DNA of 64,000 nt from Nitrospirota bacterium (GCA_027623995.1 JAQBUF010000006.1:2895-66894); one strand, 5' to 3'. Positions 1 through 10,638 are shown, counted from the stretch's first letter. Notes: generated by a model from the letters alone, not told the origin. Made by a program: numbers and translations.

Positions 1-915
1 AAACCGAATGATCCGGAACTCGCGATCAGCTTGAGTAATCTCGGAGCCTTATATCATGCCCAGCAAAAATTCGATAAAGCCATGCCGTTGTTTCTTGAAG
101 CCCTCCAAGTCCGAGAAGCAGCACTCGGGAAGGACCACATTGATGTGGTGGTCGATTTGAAAAATCTGGCTGGAGTCCATGCTGCCCAACAAGAATATGA
201 TCAAGCCTTGCCATATCTCACACGCGCCTTGGCCAATGCGGAAAAGAACGTGGGGAAAGATGATCCGGTCCTAGTAGAAAGCTTAAACAACCTGGCCCTC
301 CTGTACCGAGCTCAAAAACAATACGATCAAGCCGTACCCCTCCTAGAACGGGCGATCAAAATTAATGAAGAAGCTTTTGGACCGGAGAGCCCTGGTTTAA
401 TTGGCAGCCTCAATAATCTCGCGCTCATCCACCTCACGCAAGAGGCATACAGCGACTCGGAAATGTTACTCAAACGAGTCGTGAGTATCACGGAACTGTC
501 CTTCGGTCCGGACAACCCTCGATTGGTTCCAGGCCTGACAAACTTAGCTGACCTGTATCGGATCATGAATCAATTCGATAAAGCGTCGTCACTCCTTGAA
601 CGAGCGCTCAAAATTAACGAAGAGAAGTTCGGACCGGAAGACACCAAGGTTGCCAACCTCTTAAACAATCTGGCCCTCCTGCATTTCAACCAAGAACACT
701 ACGACAAGGCCGACCCCCTCCTACAACGAGCCTTGGCGATCAATGAAAAAGCCCTGGGCAAGGACCATCCCATGGTGGCCCAAACGCTCAAAAACTACGC
801 AGCCCTACTCCGAGAAACCAACCGAGTCGCCCAAGCCGAGGAACTCGAGGCCAGGGTGAAAGCCATTCAGGAAAAACAGAAACAGCCCAAGGAGAACGTG
901 AAGAGTGAACCGTAA
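1..915 (+). CDS. Tetratricopeptide repeat protein (TPR_10/TPR_12, kinesin-light-chain-like), 5'-partial
   Basis: Frame is open from base 1 (KPNDPELAISLSNLG...). It has about six 42-aa repeats of the type 'LNNLALLY..Q..YD.A.PLL.RAL.I.E...G..HP'. Confidence 0.9.
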   Translation, partial: KPNDPELAISLSNLGALYHAQQKFDKAMPLFLEALQVREAALGKDHIDVVVDLKNLAGVHAAQQEYDQALPYLTRALANAEKNVGKDDPVLVESLNNLALLYRAQKQYDQAVPLLERAIKINEEAFGPESPGLIGSLNNLALIHLTQEAYSDSEMLLKRVVSITELSFGPDNPRLVPGLTNLADLYRIMNQFDKASSLLERALKINEEKFGPEDTKVANLLNNLALLHFNQEHYDKADPLLQRALAINEKALGKDHPMVAQTLKNYAALLRETNRVAQAEELEARVKAIQEKQKQPKENVKSEP

Positions 916-1045
916 TGCGTGAAGCGTGAAGCGGAAAAGCCGAATTCTCAGACCCTCCACTGCCAACCCACCACGCATGACGCATCACACCTAACGAATT
1001 TGGCCTTGCCACAAGCCAGGCAAACGCCGAGAATAGATCCAAGGA

Positions 1046-1309
1046 GGGAATGTTGAAAAAAGCCGCCAGCGGCGTTCCCTGGCTTTGCCGGGGCGGCTCG
1101 CACAGACCTGAGGTCGCCATTTCGCCTGACCTTCGGGCTCGCAGACTTGGCGCTTTGCACCGCTCGCGCTCACGTACTGAGAGTACGCTCCGCGCGTCAA
1201 AAGGGCTGCGGCCTTGCTGGACGATCTTTTTTGAACATTCCCTCTCATTGACGAAGCCTGCTTCATCTGAGGCGTTTATTGGCTTTTGACATGCATTATT
1301 CAACAGGCC
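1046..1309. repeat. Nitrospira-type MITE-like repeat, copy A
   Basis: Core is bounded by GGGAATGTTGAAAAAA...TTTTTTGAACATTCCC, with a ~65-bp tail ending TATTCAACAGGCC. It matches the reverse complement of 12392-12651. Confidence 0.85.
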
Positions 1310-1348
1310 CGAGGAGCGACATTTAGGCAGGACATTGAGCGCGCAATT

Positions 1349-1732
1349 ATGGAAAATCTCTTACGCCTGATCATCATTTTTGTGTGGTGTATGTTTTTCG
1401 GGTTCTTTTCCGTCATGGGATACTTAGATGAAACCATGACGCCCGAAAGAAAGACCATCATCCTAGTGGGATTGCTCCTCGTCCTGATCGCCTACGTAGC
1501 CTTTGAATGGTTGACCAGAAGTCAGGAATCCGGCATCGCTGGAAATATTAAATTGGCAAATCCTGAAGAAGAACAGCCGACTCCAAAAGATCCGCGCTCC
1601 CAATTAGATGAACGAGTCCTCCGACGTCTGCACCTCTACACCAAAGATCATGAAGCGGAATTACAAGCGGCAATCGCGCCCGACCCACCCCCCACACGTA
1701 AGAAGGCCACGGTCTCCACAAAAAAACCGTAG
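1349..1732 (+). CDS. Hypothetical membrane protein (2 TM helices plus charged tail)
   Basis: ORF 1286..1732, likely ATG at 1349. Two hydrophobic segments are followed by a Pro/Lys-rich tail. Confidence 0.6.
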   Translation: MENLLRLIIIFVWCMFFGFFSVMGYLDETMTPERKTIILVGLLLVLIAYVAFEWLTRSQESGIAGNIKLANPEEEQPTPKDPRSQLDERVLRRLHLYTKDHEAELQAAIAPDPPPTRKKATVSTKKP

Positions 1733-1821
1733 CGCGCATTTCCCCTTCAATCACACCGAAAGTGGTTGGACTTTTCATGCACACGCGCACTGATCTTGGG
1801 CTTTGCAAATGACTTGAATTT

Positions 1822-1912
1822 TGTAGCTGCGGCATCTTATGCCGCCTCTTCTTTTTCCCTCCCCGCCCAGCGTGAAACCCTAAAGAGGGCACGATGAGAT
1901 CGTGCAGCTACA
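1822..1912. repeat. GTAG-type REP doublet (REPIN-like)
   Basis: TGTAGCTGCGGCAT-CTT-ATGCCGC and the inverted GGCACGAT-GAG-ATCGTGCAGCTACA. A homologous doublet lies at 54781-54868. Confidence 0.75.
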
Positions 1913-1992
1913 AATAAAACACCGGAAAAATTTCACTGTGCAAAAAAGCAACCTGAATCGGTCTTAGGAAAAAGGTAACAGACGATAGAACC

Positions 1993-4011
1993 CTACTCAA
2001 TCGAAGAAGCCGCTAACCCTTTCAGCGAATGCGCACGCTTTGGCGCACGAGCCAACGCCAAATTAAACTGAGCCCTGGCCGAATTGATCCGTCCCGATTC
2101 CAACAGCACCTCACCGTAGAGTTCATGCGCCGGCTTCACAGGAAACGGCGGACCATAATCAAAAGGAATCGTATCTTCCAACGTCGTGGCTTCCTTCAAT
2201 AACGCCAACCCTTGATCGACCGTTCCTTCGGCCACGAGAATCATGGCAGACAATTGCTTCTTCATCACTCGCGCCGGCAACACCTGAGAGGGAGAAAGCG
2301 TCTCTGGAGCAGAATCAATTTGCTCGCGAAGTTGATTCAACGCCGTTTGAGTCATGTCCACGCGCTGGGTTTTGATCCCACTCAGTCCAATGGCAAACAG
2401 TTCACTCGTCGCCCCGGAAAAACGAAGACCCGAACGGTCCAGCTCCAGGCCACTCACATCCCATTGTTGACTCTCCACAATAAACGTCCCACGCATGGCC
2501 GCCAGGTAGCCATTCACAAACCGAGAACCCACTTGCGCTGCGTCATCACGCACCATGTCGACAAGCCGCTTCGCATCATCAATCCGCTCATGTTGCAAGT
2601 AGGCATACATCAACCAATACAACGTATGATACGAACGCTCACCAACCCCCAACCCCTTCTGCATACGACGTTTCTCGCTAGACGCCCAACTCATTTCGTT
2701 CGCGGTAACCACCTCATCCCACATCCCCAAGGCCATGAAAATGTGCGATGGCATATGCTGAGCATGTGGAGCAGCCGGTGCGATCTTGGCATACGTTCGC
2801 GCTGCGCGGAGACCTAATAACGCATGTTCAGGATCATCGTACGCATGAATCATGTAATGCACCGCGCCAGGATGCCGGGGGTTCTGTTGAAACACCGACT
2901 CAGCAATCGATGCCGCCTGCAGATAGATTTTAGGATCGCGTTCGCCCTGCGCAGTGCCTAACAACGCCAGCGCATAAAAGGCCGCAGCCTCATGGTCATC
3001 GGGATAGCGTTGACTTAGCATATGCATCTGCTCTGCATACGCGTGATTCCGATTAACCTTCTCGCCCTCCCCATATAACGCATGCACAGCATGCAAATAC
3101 CCCTTCTCGCGTTCCGTCGGAGCCTTGGCAATCCGCTCTTCGTCACTTGCCCCCAGGCGCGCGAAGATCTCTCGGCCTCCTTCACGATCATGCTCGCCCC
3201 ACAGTGGATGGTTCAACGTCATGGCCTCGCCCCAATAAGCCATCGCAAAATCTGGATCGACCTTCTGGGCGTGTTGAAAAGCCGTTTGCGCTTCATCGTA
3301 TTCAAAGTTGTGGAGCAACAGCACGCCACGAAGAAAATGGCGTTGCGCCTTTGGAGAACCCGACGTAGGAAAATGTATCTCGCCTAGAGTTGGCACGGGG
3401 GCTTTAGACTTAGGCCGGTTCACATCCGGACGCGGGTCAGCGACGAACCCATCGCGATGCAGCATCCGAACTTTAGGAAGCGTCCCCCGATTCATCACCG
3501 CATCTTCTTCAATCACACCATTGCGAAACAACAACCACGCCACCACCGCATAGATCTGATTCGGCTTCAACGATTGCGGAGCCGTAAACGGCATGGCTCG
3601 ATTGATGTAATCAAACAGCGTCGTCGCATATGGCCAATGACTGCCAATAGTTTTTACAGGTTTGTTTGTCGCCAAAGTCCCCTGCCCCCCCACTAACTTG
3701 GGCATAGGCCCCTCAACACCAGTCACCCCATGACAACTCGCACAATGCTGTGCATAGACCTTCGCGCCATCCGCAACCGATCCTTCGCCAAGAGGCAACC
3801 CCGCCCCATCAGGCCCCACGTCACTATCCCAAGCTCGAACCTCCACATCCGTTGCCACACGACCAAGATGAAACCCTTCTTGCCCCATATCACCCAAAAT
3901 ATTGGCCGCCGGATAAGCGAGCAGGAAAAGAATACAAAAGGTTAGTTTTGAAAAATGATGAGACGACACAACTCGTTTGGAGAAGAAGGAAAACCGTTCA
4001 CACCTGTACAT
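1993..4011 (-). CDS. SoxD/SorB-like monoheme cytochrome c fused to a His-rich TPR domain
   Basis: N-terminal hydrophobic segment, 'WDSDVGPDGAGLP.G.GSV..G..VY...CASCHG', 'TIGSHWPYATTLFDYINRAMP', then ~460 aa of TPR domain. Start chosen at ATG 4011, overlapping the soxC stop. Confidence 0.85.
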   Translation of the reverse strand: MYRCERFSFFSKRVVSSHHFSKLTFCILFLLAYPAANILGDMGQEGFHLGRVATDVEVRAWDSDVGPDGAGLPLGEGSVADGAKVYAQHCASCHGVTGVEGPMPKLVGGQGTLATNKPVKTIGSHWPYATTLFDYINRAMPFTAPQSLKPNQIYAVVAWLLFRNGVIEEDAVMNRGTLPKVRMLHRDGFVADPRPDVNRPKSKAPVPTLGEIHFPTSGSPKAQRHFLRGVLLLHNFEYDEAQTAFQHAQKVDPDFAMAYWGEAMTLNHPLWGEHDREGGREIFARLGASDEERIAKAPTEREKGYLHAVHALYGEGEKVNRNHAYAEQMHMLSQRYPDDHEAAAFYALALLGTAQGERDPKIYLQAASIAESVFQQNPRHPGAVHYMIHAYDDPEHALLGLRAARTYAKIAPAAPHAQHMPSHIFMALGMWDEVVTANEMSWASSEKRRMQKGLGVGERSYHTLYWLMYAYLQHERIDDAKRLVDMVRDDAAQVGSRFVNGYLAAMRGTFIVESQQWDVSGLELDRSGLRFSGATSELFAIGLSGIKTQRVDMTQTALNQLREQIDSAPETLSPSQVLPARVMKKQLSAMILVAEGTVDQGLALLKEATTLEDTIPFDYGPPFPVKPAHELYGEVLLESGRINSARAQFNLALARAPKRAHSLKGLAASSIE

Positions 4012-5272
4012 TTTGAACGTTCCCATCTTCGTCAACCTTCCAACTTTGAATAGCATTATTATGGTAGTAGGAGTTGGTGCCTCGGACTTTGATTAATTGT
4101 TTCAGTGTGGGTTGTTGATAGCCGGTTTCGTCTGTGCAGCGGCTTTGGAGGATGGCTTCTTGACCATCCCATTCCCAGGCAAAGCGGAATCGAGTGTGAC
4201 ATTTGGGTAGTATGGGTTTTTGTAGTTCCGCTTCGTTCCAGGTTTTGCCACCATCAACGCTGACTTCGACTGTTGTCACTCGCCCTCGACCACTCCATGC
4301 TAATCCTCGGATTTCGATAAACCCTTTTTCTTTAACTTGTTGTCCACCAGACGGACTGGTAATCACGGACTTGGCTTCCATATCGAAGGTGAATTGACGC
4401 GCTGTGCCATCGGGCATGAGGTCGGTGTACTTTGAGGTTTCTTCCCGAGTCATTAAGGGTGCGGACACCAGTTTCAATCGCCGCAACCATTTAATGCAGG
4501 TATTGCCTTCCCATCCTGGCAGCAACAACCGCAGAGGATAGCCTTGTTCCGGTCGAATTGGTTCGCCGTTTTGCGCGTAGCACAAGAGCGCTTCGTCCCA
4601 CACGCGATCCAATGGGATGCTTCGGGTCATGGCAGCAGCATCGCTGCCTTCGGCGAGCATCCACGTGGCTTCGGGTTTGAGATGGGTTTCCTGCAATACC
4701 GTCGAAAGCCGAACCCCGGTCCATTCACTGGTGCTGGTCAGTCCTTGAATTTCTTGAACGGTTTTTCCCTTGGGGCCTTTCCATTCTTTTCCGGCATTTC
4801 CTGCACATTCTATAAAGGCCATCCGTGAGGTCGCTGGAAACCGCTTCAACTCATCCATCGTAAAAATCAAGGGATGCTCCACCAAACCATGCACCAGCAA
4901 ACGATGGCGCGCTGGATCAATCAACGGCACTCCATTGTGATGGCGTTCAAAATGCAGAGCGGAGGGTGTGATAATACCATGCAGGTCTTGCAAGGGTGTT
5001 CGAGATCGTTGCGGCAACGTTAACCGCTGAGTCGGTTCAAACTGAGAGCGTGCGCCATAGCCCGAAGCCAACGCACCAGGCACCTTGGCAGGATCAACCG
5101 GCACATCTTGTGCGTGGTTAAGCCGTGGACTTAAGAAGAGATGCGCGGCAGTCAGGCCAAGAATTGAGGTCGCCCCAACAAGAAACGCTCGACGGTTCGG
5201 TGGATCTTTGGGACGACTCGTGAATTCAGCATTTTCGTCATCAAACATTGGCCCAGAACCTTCACTCATCAC
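3998..5272 (-). CDS. soxC: Sulfite oxidase-family molybdoenzyme, SoxC-type
   Basis: Tat signal (RRAFL), 'TPLQDLHGIITPSALHFERHH', Mo-ligand 'FIECAGN', 'EQGYPLRLLLPGWEGN..IKWLRRL', C-terminal dimerisation domain. Confidence 0.9.
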   Translation of the reverse strand: MMSEGSGPMFDDENAEFTSRPKDPPNRRAFLVGATSILGLTAAHLFLSPRLNHAQDVPVDPAKVPGALASGYGARSQFEPTQRLTLPQRSRTPLQDLHGIITPSALHFERHHNGVPLIDPARHRLLVHGLVEHPLIFTMDELKRFPATSRMAFIECAGNAGKEWKGPKGKTVQEIQGLTSTSEWTGVRLSTVLQETHLKPEATWMLAEGSDAAAMTRSIPLDRVWDEALLCYAQNGEPIRPEQGYPLRLLLPGWEGNTCIKWLRRLKLVSAPLMTREETSKYTDLMPDGTARQFTFDMEAKSVITSPSGGQQVKEKGFIEIRGLAWSGRGRVTTVEVSVDGGKTWNEAELQKPILPKCHTRFRFAWEWDGQEAILQSRCTDETGYQQPTLKQLIKVRGTNSYYHNNAIQSWKVDEDGNVQNVQV

Positions 5273-5423
5273 AGTCTACTTCTCCTCTGCGCAGAATTGA
5301 CGACAAAGGGTGCACTCACCTGTGTGTATGACAGCCGCTAAAGAAAAAGCTTAAACGAGACGACCAAGATAAGCGAGAGGTTTTCAACTGCAAGGTTTTT
5401 CCATTCACCGAGCCAAACGACCC

Positions 5424-5969
5424 ATGTCGAACAATGTACTTCATATCATCTTGGTTATGATGCTCATGTTGCTCACCGGATGTGCCTCAAATATTCAATG
5501 GCAAGGGGAACAACAGGCACTACCAGCTTGTCTGCCGGACCATGCGCCGACATGGGAAGAATTCACCAAGTCCTACGGTAATTATAAGCATTCCGCTCAA
5601 ACCGCGGTGGCCATCACCCTTGCCCAAATAGAACCCCCGTTCTTTCAAGCCCGGTTTGATCCTGATCGATCTTGGGTGCAACCCCACATCGTGGAAGCCT
5701 GGTATCCCTATGACCAAAGCATCGCTCATCGATTGCTTCGACATGAACAGCTCCATTTCGCCATCAGCTGTTTACTGGTCCGACAAGCCAACCTATCACT
5801 GATATCCGGAGATGATCCACATCAAATGCTGCAACTCGTTCGCGCCACCGCCCAACGATTGAATCGACAATACGATGAAGACACCAACCACGGGACGATT
5901 CCTGACCAACAAGCTCAATGGGAACAAGACGTTGAAGAGCAACTTGAAGAGGTTACACTGCAACCATAG
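5424..5969 (+). CDS. Lipoprotein with DUF922-like putative Zn-metalloprotease domain
   Basis: Lipobox LTGC; 'LLRHEQLHF' HExxH motif; 'YDEDTNHG...QQAQW' typical of DUF922. Confidence 0.7.
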   Translation: MSNNVLHIILVMMLMLLTGCASNIQWQGEQQALPACLPDHAPTWEEFTKSYGNYKHSAQTAVAITLAQIEPPFFQARFDPDRSWVQPHIVEAWYPYDQSIAHRLLRHEQLHFAISCLLVRQANLSLISGDDPHQMLQLVRATAQRLNRQYDEDTNHGTIPDQQAQWEQDVEEQLEEVTLQP

Positions 5970-6030
5970 CCCTAGGTTTTCAACCGTTACCCAGAACCGG
6001 TGAGTTCTGGAAATGAACCCGCGAGCTCAC

Positions 6031-6063
6031 CACGAGCCCCACATCAACGATGTGGGGCTCGTG
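6031..6063. terminator. Perfect 15-bp hairpin, probable bidirectional terminator
   Basis: CACGAGCCCCACATC-AAC-GATGTGGGGCTCGTG between convergent genes. Confidence 0.65.
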
Positions 6064-6074
6064 TCGTTTTAGGC

Positions 6075-6335
6075 TTTAATTTAAGCCTGCCTTGTGTGCG
6101 GCGGAGCCGCAGCCCCGAATCGGCTTCTTGGGGAGAGCTGCCTGAGTCCTTCGGGAAGGACCCAGGATAAACTCCGCGAGTTCTCTCGCCATCTTATTCG
6201 GAGCGGAGGCGGAGGGACCCCTTTGGGGTCGCACACGGGCAGAAATGGTTTTGGGCACTTTTGCCGAAACAAAAAGCCTGCCCTGAGCGGAGTCGAAGGG
6301 TGTCTTGTCGTATGGGACCGAAACCCCATAAGTTA
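6075..6335. repeat. Structured REP/MITE-like intergenic element
   Basis: GC-rich multi-hairpin segment (GTCCTTCGGGAAGGAC, GACCCCTTTGGGGTC) containing the common REP motif CCCTGAGCGGAGTCGAAGGG. Single copy in this window. Confidence 0.45.
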
Positions 6336-6338
6336 ATA

Positions 6339-7388
6339 CTACGACACCACTTGATATTTCCCTTTTAACGCCACAAGATTTTTCGGGGCATAGGCCTTCC
6401 CCATTTTTTTCATTCGGTTGATTGCCGATTGGTGAATCTTTGGTTGAAGCAATTTGGCGACTTTATTATTGGCTTGTACCACAATCTTGCGTTGCCCCAT
6501 TTTGTACCCGAACAAACGTTTCTTATGTTGATGGAGTAAGCCTTCGCCTTTTACATTTTCCGACACTTCTTCCACCGCTTCGTCAAAAAACACGAGTCCA
6601 TGCTTCTGAGCCCGTGTGATCATATATCGCAGGGTAATATCACCCAGGCGTCGGCGATCATACCCGCCCCCGACATCTGAATGAACACCGGTGAACCAGA
6701 TTTCTTCAATCCGTTTCGGATCATGATTCATCAAGGTGGGTTCATAGGGTGAACGATTTTCATCAATCGCCAACAAGTGATACGCTTTTTTCACATTCTT
6801 GGCGACCGTGAAGTCTCGAAACAAATTAATCTTTTGAAAGGGAATGCCAAAGAGATTGACTGGAATCCCGAAGGACGCGACGGTATCCCATACACCGAGC
6901 ATTTCAATATCAACTTTCAGAGATTTTCCGTGAGATTCATAATCGTCAAATTCTCCATCGTTATCTTTGATCACGGTGATGGATTCAGGAATGCCTTCTT
7001 GTTGTACTTTCATCGCAAGCATCCTGGCGATTGCCGCGCCACGACTAAATCCAAAAATAAATATCCGATCACCAGGACGATAATTTGTGACAAGCACAGT
7101 ATAGGCATGATCACGGATTTGGTTACCCCCTGTCCCAAAGGCCCCACCAAATAACTGACCAAGCATACTATGATCTTGTTGATTACCCACTCCGGGAAAA
7201 TATCGAACAAATTGGTTTTTGGCATTTCGGTCTAAGGCCTGACTCAATCGATACACATTGGTGTTCCCACGACCACTCTGGGACCCATCGCTAGGATCAT
7301 TCCACGTCCCATCGATACACAACACGACGTTGCGCTTTCCTTTGCTCATCTTATCGAGATCACTGTGATAGGTATACTTGATTGCCAT
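6339..7388 (-). CDS. DUF2235 (Tle1-like alpha/beta-hydrolase/phospholipase) protein
   Basis: 'VLCIDGTWN', 'TNVYRL', 'GFSRGAAIAR', 'GVWDTV', 'WFTGVHSDVGGGY'. Confidence 0.88.
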   Translation of the reverse strand: MAIKYTYHSDLDKMSKGKRNVVLCIDGTWNDPSDGSQSGRGNTNVYRLSQALDRNAKNQFVRYFPGVGNQQDHSMLGQLFGGAFGTGGNQIRDHAYTVLVTNYRPGDRIFIFGFSRGAAIARMLAMKVQQEGIPESITVIKDNDGEFDDYESHGKSLKVDIEMLGVWDTVASFGIPVNLFGIPFQKINLFRDFTVAKNVKKAYHLLAIDENRSPYEPTLMNHDPKRIEEIWFTGVHSDVGGGYDRRRLGDITLRYMITRAQKHGLVFFDEAVEEVSENVKGEGLLHQHKKRLFGYKMGQRKIVVQANNKVAKLLQPKIHQSAINRMKKMGKAYAPKNLVALKGKYQVVS

Positions 7389-7645
7389 TGGCCTCTCCCC
7401 TTTCGTGTCTGCGGTAAATCATGACGCCCTTGTATTTACATTTACATTTCCACGTTCCGCATTATATTGAATTCCCCAAGATTGCCAAGGCCGAAATATA
7501 ATGTGATTGGGAGAAAATTCACGTAGGATAAAACAACTGACCCTCCGACCCACCCTGTAACAATTTTCGCCACGGAGCGACTACAAGAAAATTAAACAGT
7601 GATCGTTCCCCTGCCCTGAACCTTCTTCATCGAGAGAAACATCCT

Positions 7646-8485
7646 ATGTCCAGCAGCGTTCCGTTACTCAGGCGAAGACCGCGTGTAAACAAGAATCTAT
7701 TACGAAACCTAGGGCTGCTGTTGATGGCCAGCATGCTCTTTCTTGGATGGGCACGTAGCGACGCGGCACAACATACAGCACCATCCGGCAAGCATTCGTC
7801 TACCCCCCGAGACACCCATTGGGATTATCTAGGCGTGGAAGGGCCTGAGCATTGGAGTATGCTCACTCCAAAATATATGACCTGTGAGGCAGGCAGACAG
7901 CAATCCCCCATCAACATCACGATGGCTGACCATGGCCAACAGCCTGAAACCTTAGAGTTTCACTACCAGACCTCGGAACTACACGAACTCAACAACGGCC
8001 ATACTATCCAAGTCTCCCACATTTCTGAATGCAACGTGGCTCTCAACCATCACACCTATCAATTGCGCCAATTTCATTTCCATGAACCCAGCGAACATCA
8101 CATCGAAGGCAAAGCCTTTCCGATGGAAATGCATTTGGTCCATCAGGATGAAGGAGGGCATATTCTCGTCATTGCAGTCATGCTGACCATAGGAGCAGAC
8201 GAACCAGTCCTCGGCCAGCTTTGGCAATGGCTCCCCAAACAAATCGGACAGGAAGTCTCGCTACCTCTCAATTTGAGCATTGCGGAGATTCTCCCGAAAA
8301 ACACTCGTCATTTTTCCTATTCAGGGTCACTGACGACTCCACCCTGCACCGAAGGTGTTCAGTGGATCGTCCTGGAGGAACCGATACATATTTCGCAACA
8401 GGATGTGGATCAATTCGTGCAGATCATTGGACACAATGCCCGCCCCGTCCAGCCATTAGAAAACCGCCACATCGAAGAGAATTAA
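7646..8485 (+). CDS. cah: Periplasmic alpha-carbonic anhydrase
   Basis: Signal peptide, 'QSPINI', 'NNGHTIQ', Zn ligands 'QFHFH...EH...EMHLVH', 'YSGSLTTPPCTEGV.W'. Confidence 0.93.
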   Translation: MSSSVPLLRRRPRVNKNLLRNLGLLLMASMLFLGWARSDAAQHTAPSGKHSSTPRDTHWDYLGVEGPEHWSMLTPKYMTCEAGRQQSPINITMADHGQQPETLEFHYQTSELHELNNGHTIQVSHISECNVALNHHTYQLRQFHFHEPSEHHIEGKAFPMEMHLVHQDEGGHILVIAVMLTIGADEPVLGQLWQWLPKQIGQEVSLPLNLSIAEILPKNTRHFSYSGSLTTPPCTEGVQWIVLEEPIHISQQDVDQFVQIIGHNARPVQPLENRHIEEN

Positions 8486-8629
8486 TACGCCGCGGATGTC
8501 CTTCTATTGGCCCTTATTTTTCTTGTTCCCAACTCAGCACGAGAAATTAAAAACCCTGGCTTCGGGTTTGGGTTCAAAAAACCGATACAACCTGTAATAT
8601 TGCGATCTTATGCCTCAAACTGAGTCACG

Positions 8630-10462
8630 ATGGAGTCAGGAATGTCCTATCAGCCCATTGAAAATTACGGCCTCATCGGCAACATGCGAACGACGGCACT
8701 CGTGGGCATGAATGGGTCCATCGATTGGTTTTGCTTCCCACACTTTGACTCTCCCAGTATCTTTGCCGCTATTTTGGATGAGAACAAGGGCGGGCGATTT
8801 CAGATCATGCCTGTCAACTCGAACGCCAAACATAAACAGTTTTATTGGCCGGACACCAATGTCCTGGTCACACGATTTCTTTCATCTCAGGGCGTGGGGC
8901 AAATCATTGATTTCATGCCCGTGGGCCTCAAAGAAACAGACGTCGGCTATCATGGGATCATTCGCCGCGTGCAGGCGATACGTGGAAATCTAAAATTCAA
9001 ACTCGAATGCTCTCCCGCGTTTAACTATGCCCGCGATCAACACACGACCACCCTCACATCAGATGGCGTGCGATTCGACGCCAACGGGTTAAGCCTTCGC
9101 CTAGGGGCAACCATCCCCTTGCAACAAGACGGGACAGGAGTGGTGGCGGAGTTTGAATTACACGAGGGACACGAGCTGAGCTTTGCGCTCCAAGAAGTCG
9201 AGCAGTATAGCGACTGCTGTGTGGCCGTCGCCCAAGACCAGGCCGAGGACCTGTTCCACCAAACCGTGGAATATTGGCGTCGGTGGTTGTCGAAGTGTAC
9301 GTATCGAGGGCGTTGGAGAGAAATGGTGCAGCGTTCCGCACTCACACTCAAACTGCTCACATTTGAACCTACAGGCGCCATCGTGGCTGCACCAACCTGT
9401 AGTCTTCCCGAAGGCATTGGCGGGGCTCGCAATTGGGACTACCGGTACACCTGGATTCGTGATGCCGCCTTCACCTTATATGGGTTGCTCCGCATTGGCT
9501 TCACGACCGAAGCGGAAAAATTCATGCATTTCCTTGAAGCGCGATGTCATGAATTGAAACCTGATGGCTCACTCCAAATCATGTATGGCATCGATGGTCG
9601 CCACGAACTTCCTGAAACCACCTTGGACCATCTTGAGGGGTATCGACAATCTAAACCGGTTCGGGTGGGTAACGGCGCCTATGACCAGCTGCAACTGGAT
9701 ATCTACGGCGAACTGCTTGATTCCGTCTACCTCTACAACAAATACGGCTCGCCCATTTCCTATGATTTATGGAAACATTTACGTCGACTCATCAATTGGG
9801 TCTGCGACAATTGGCATAGGCCGGACGAAGGCGTGTGGGAAGTGCGTGGAGGACAACAACATTTTCTCTACTCCAAACTTATGTGCTGGGTCGCCCTGGA
9901 TCGAGGATTGCGGTTGGCGGATAAACGTTCGTTCCCCGCCGATCGAGATCGTTGGCTCAAAATCCGGGATACGATTTACGAAGAGATTATGGAAAAAGGG
10001 TGGAGCGAGAGTCGCCAGGCGTTTGTCCAACGCTATGGAAGTGAATCGCTAGACGCCGCCAACCTCATGATGCCGCTCGTCTTCTTCGTCTCACCCACCG
10101 ACCCGCGTATGCTCAAGACGTTGGACGCCATTAATCAGCCACCGGAACAAGGCGGACTCGTCGCCAATGCCTTGGTGTATCGATATAACGTGAACGAAAC
10201 GAAAGATGGGCTGGATGGCGAAGAAGGCTCATTTAACATTTGCACGTTTTGGCTGGTCGAAGCCCTCACCAGAGCAGGCCGGACCGACGAAGCACGGCTT
10301 ATGTTTGAACAAATGCTCGGATACGCCAACCACCTTGGCCTCTACGCCGAAGAAACCGGCCACCACGGCGAAGCCCTCGGCAACTTCCCCCAAGCCTTTA
10401 CCCATCTTGCCTTAATTAGCGCGGCGTTCAACTTAGACAGGGCTTTAGGAACACGCGGGTAA
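8630..10462 (+). CDS. Glycoside hydrolase family 15 (trehalase/glucoamylase-like)
   Basis: '[16 protein letters not shown]...GSIDWFC.P.FDSPSIF', '[13 protein letters not shown]', 'DEGVWEVRG', '[13 protein letters not shown]'. Confidence 0.93.
   Translation: MESGMSYQPIENYGLIGNMRTTALVGMNGSIDWFCFPHFDSPSIFAAILDENKGGRFQIMPVNSNAKHKQFYWPDTNVLVTRFLSSQGVGQIIDFMPVGLKETDVGYHGIIRRVQAIRGNLKFKLECSPAFNYARDQHTTTLTSDGVRFDANGLSLRLGATIPLQQDGTGVVAEFELHEGHELSFALQEVEQYSDCCVAVAQDQAEDLFHQTVEYWRRWLSKCTYRGRWREMVQRSALTLKLLTFEPTGAIVAAPTCSLPEGIGGARNWDYRYTWIRDAAFTLYGLLRIGFTTEAEKFMHFLEARCHELKPDGSLQIMYGIDGRHELPETTLDHLEGYRQSKPVRVGNGAYDQLQLDIYGELLDSVYLYNKYGSPISYDLWKHLRRLINWVCDNWHRPDEGVWEVRGGQQHFLYSKLMCWVALDRGLRLADKRSFPADRDRWLKIRDTIYEEIMEKGWSESRQAFVQRYGSESLDAANLMMPLVFFVSPTDPRMLKTLDAINQPPEQGGLVANALVYRYNVNETKDGLDGEEGSFNICTFWLVEALTRAGRTDEARLMFEQMLGYANHLGLYAEETGHHGEALGNFPQAFTHLALISAAFNLDRALGTRG
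10364..10462 (+). repeat. GH15 3' end, copy 1 (attL-like)
   Basis: First 44 bp (10364-10407) are identical to 13095-13138. The remaining 55 bp are recoded almost entirely synonymously. Confidence 0.9.
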
Positions 10463-10554
10463 ACGCACATCGAGCCCTCTAACCTTCCCCCTCAAATCAA
10501 AGTTTCCACACTAGAAAAATTAGACCGACGACCATGGTGACCATAATAGGCATG

Positions 10555-10638
10555 GGCCTGTTGAATATTTCATGTCCGTGACTCATAGATGCTCCAGATC
10601 AGACGAGCAGCATCAGTGTGAGGAAATGTTCAAAAAAG
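10555..10638. repeat. MITE-like repeat, truncated copy D (tail plus one TIR only)
   Basis: GGCCTGTTGAATATTTC...CATCAGTGTGAGGAAATGTTCAAAAAAG aligns with 12392-12475. Confidence 0.75.

Noticed and set aside
1-915. Periodic DNA repeats resembling a CRISPR or VNTR
   Set aside because: Periodicity comes from 42-aa TPR coding repeats. No direct-repeat/spacer array was found anywhere in the window.
788-1303. 171-aa and overlapping ORFs, plus look-alikes at 12388-12751 and 45777-46078
   Set aside because: Shadow frames of the MITE-like repeat; their mutual similarity comes from the DNA repeat, not protein conservation.
5975-6030. Hairpin-rich segment that might be an ncRNA (6S/riboswitch-like)
   Set aside because: No recognisable consensus; it is explained adequately as terminator/REP context. 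An Rfam scan is needed.
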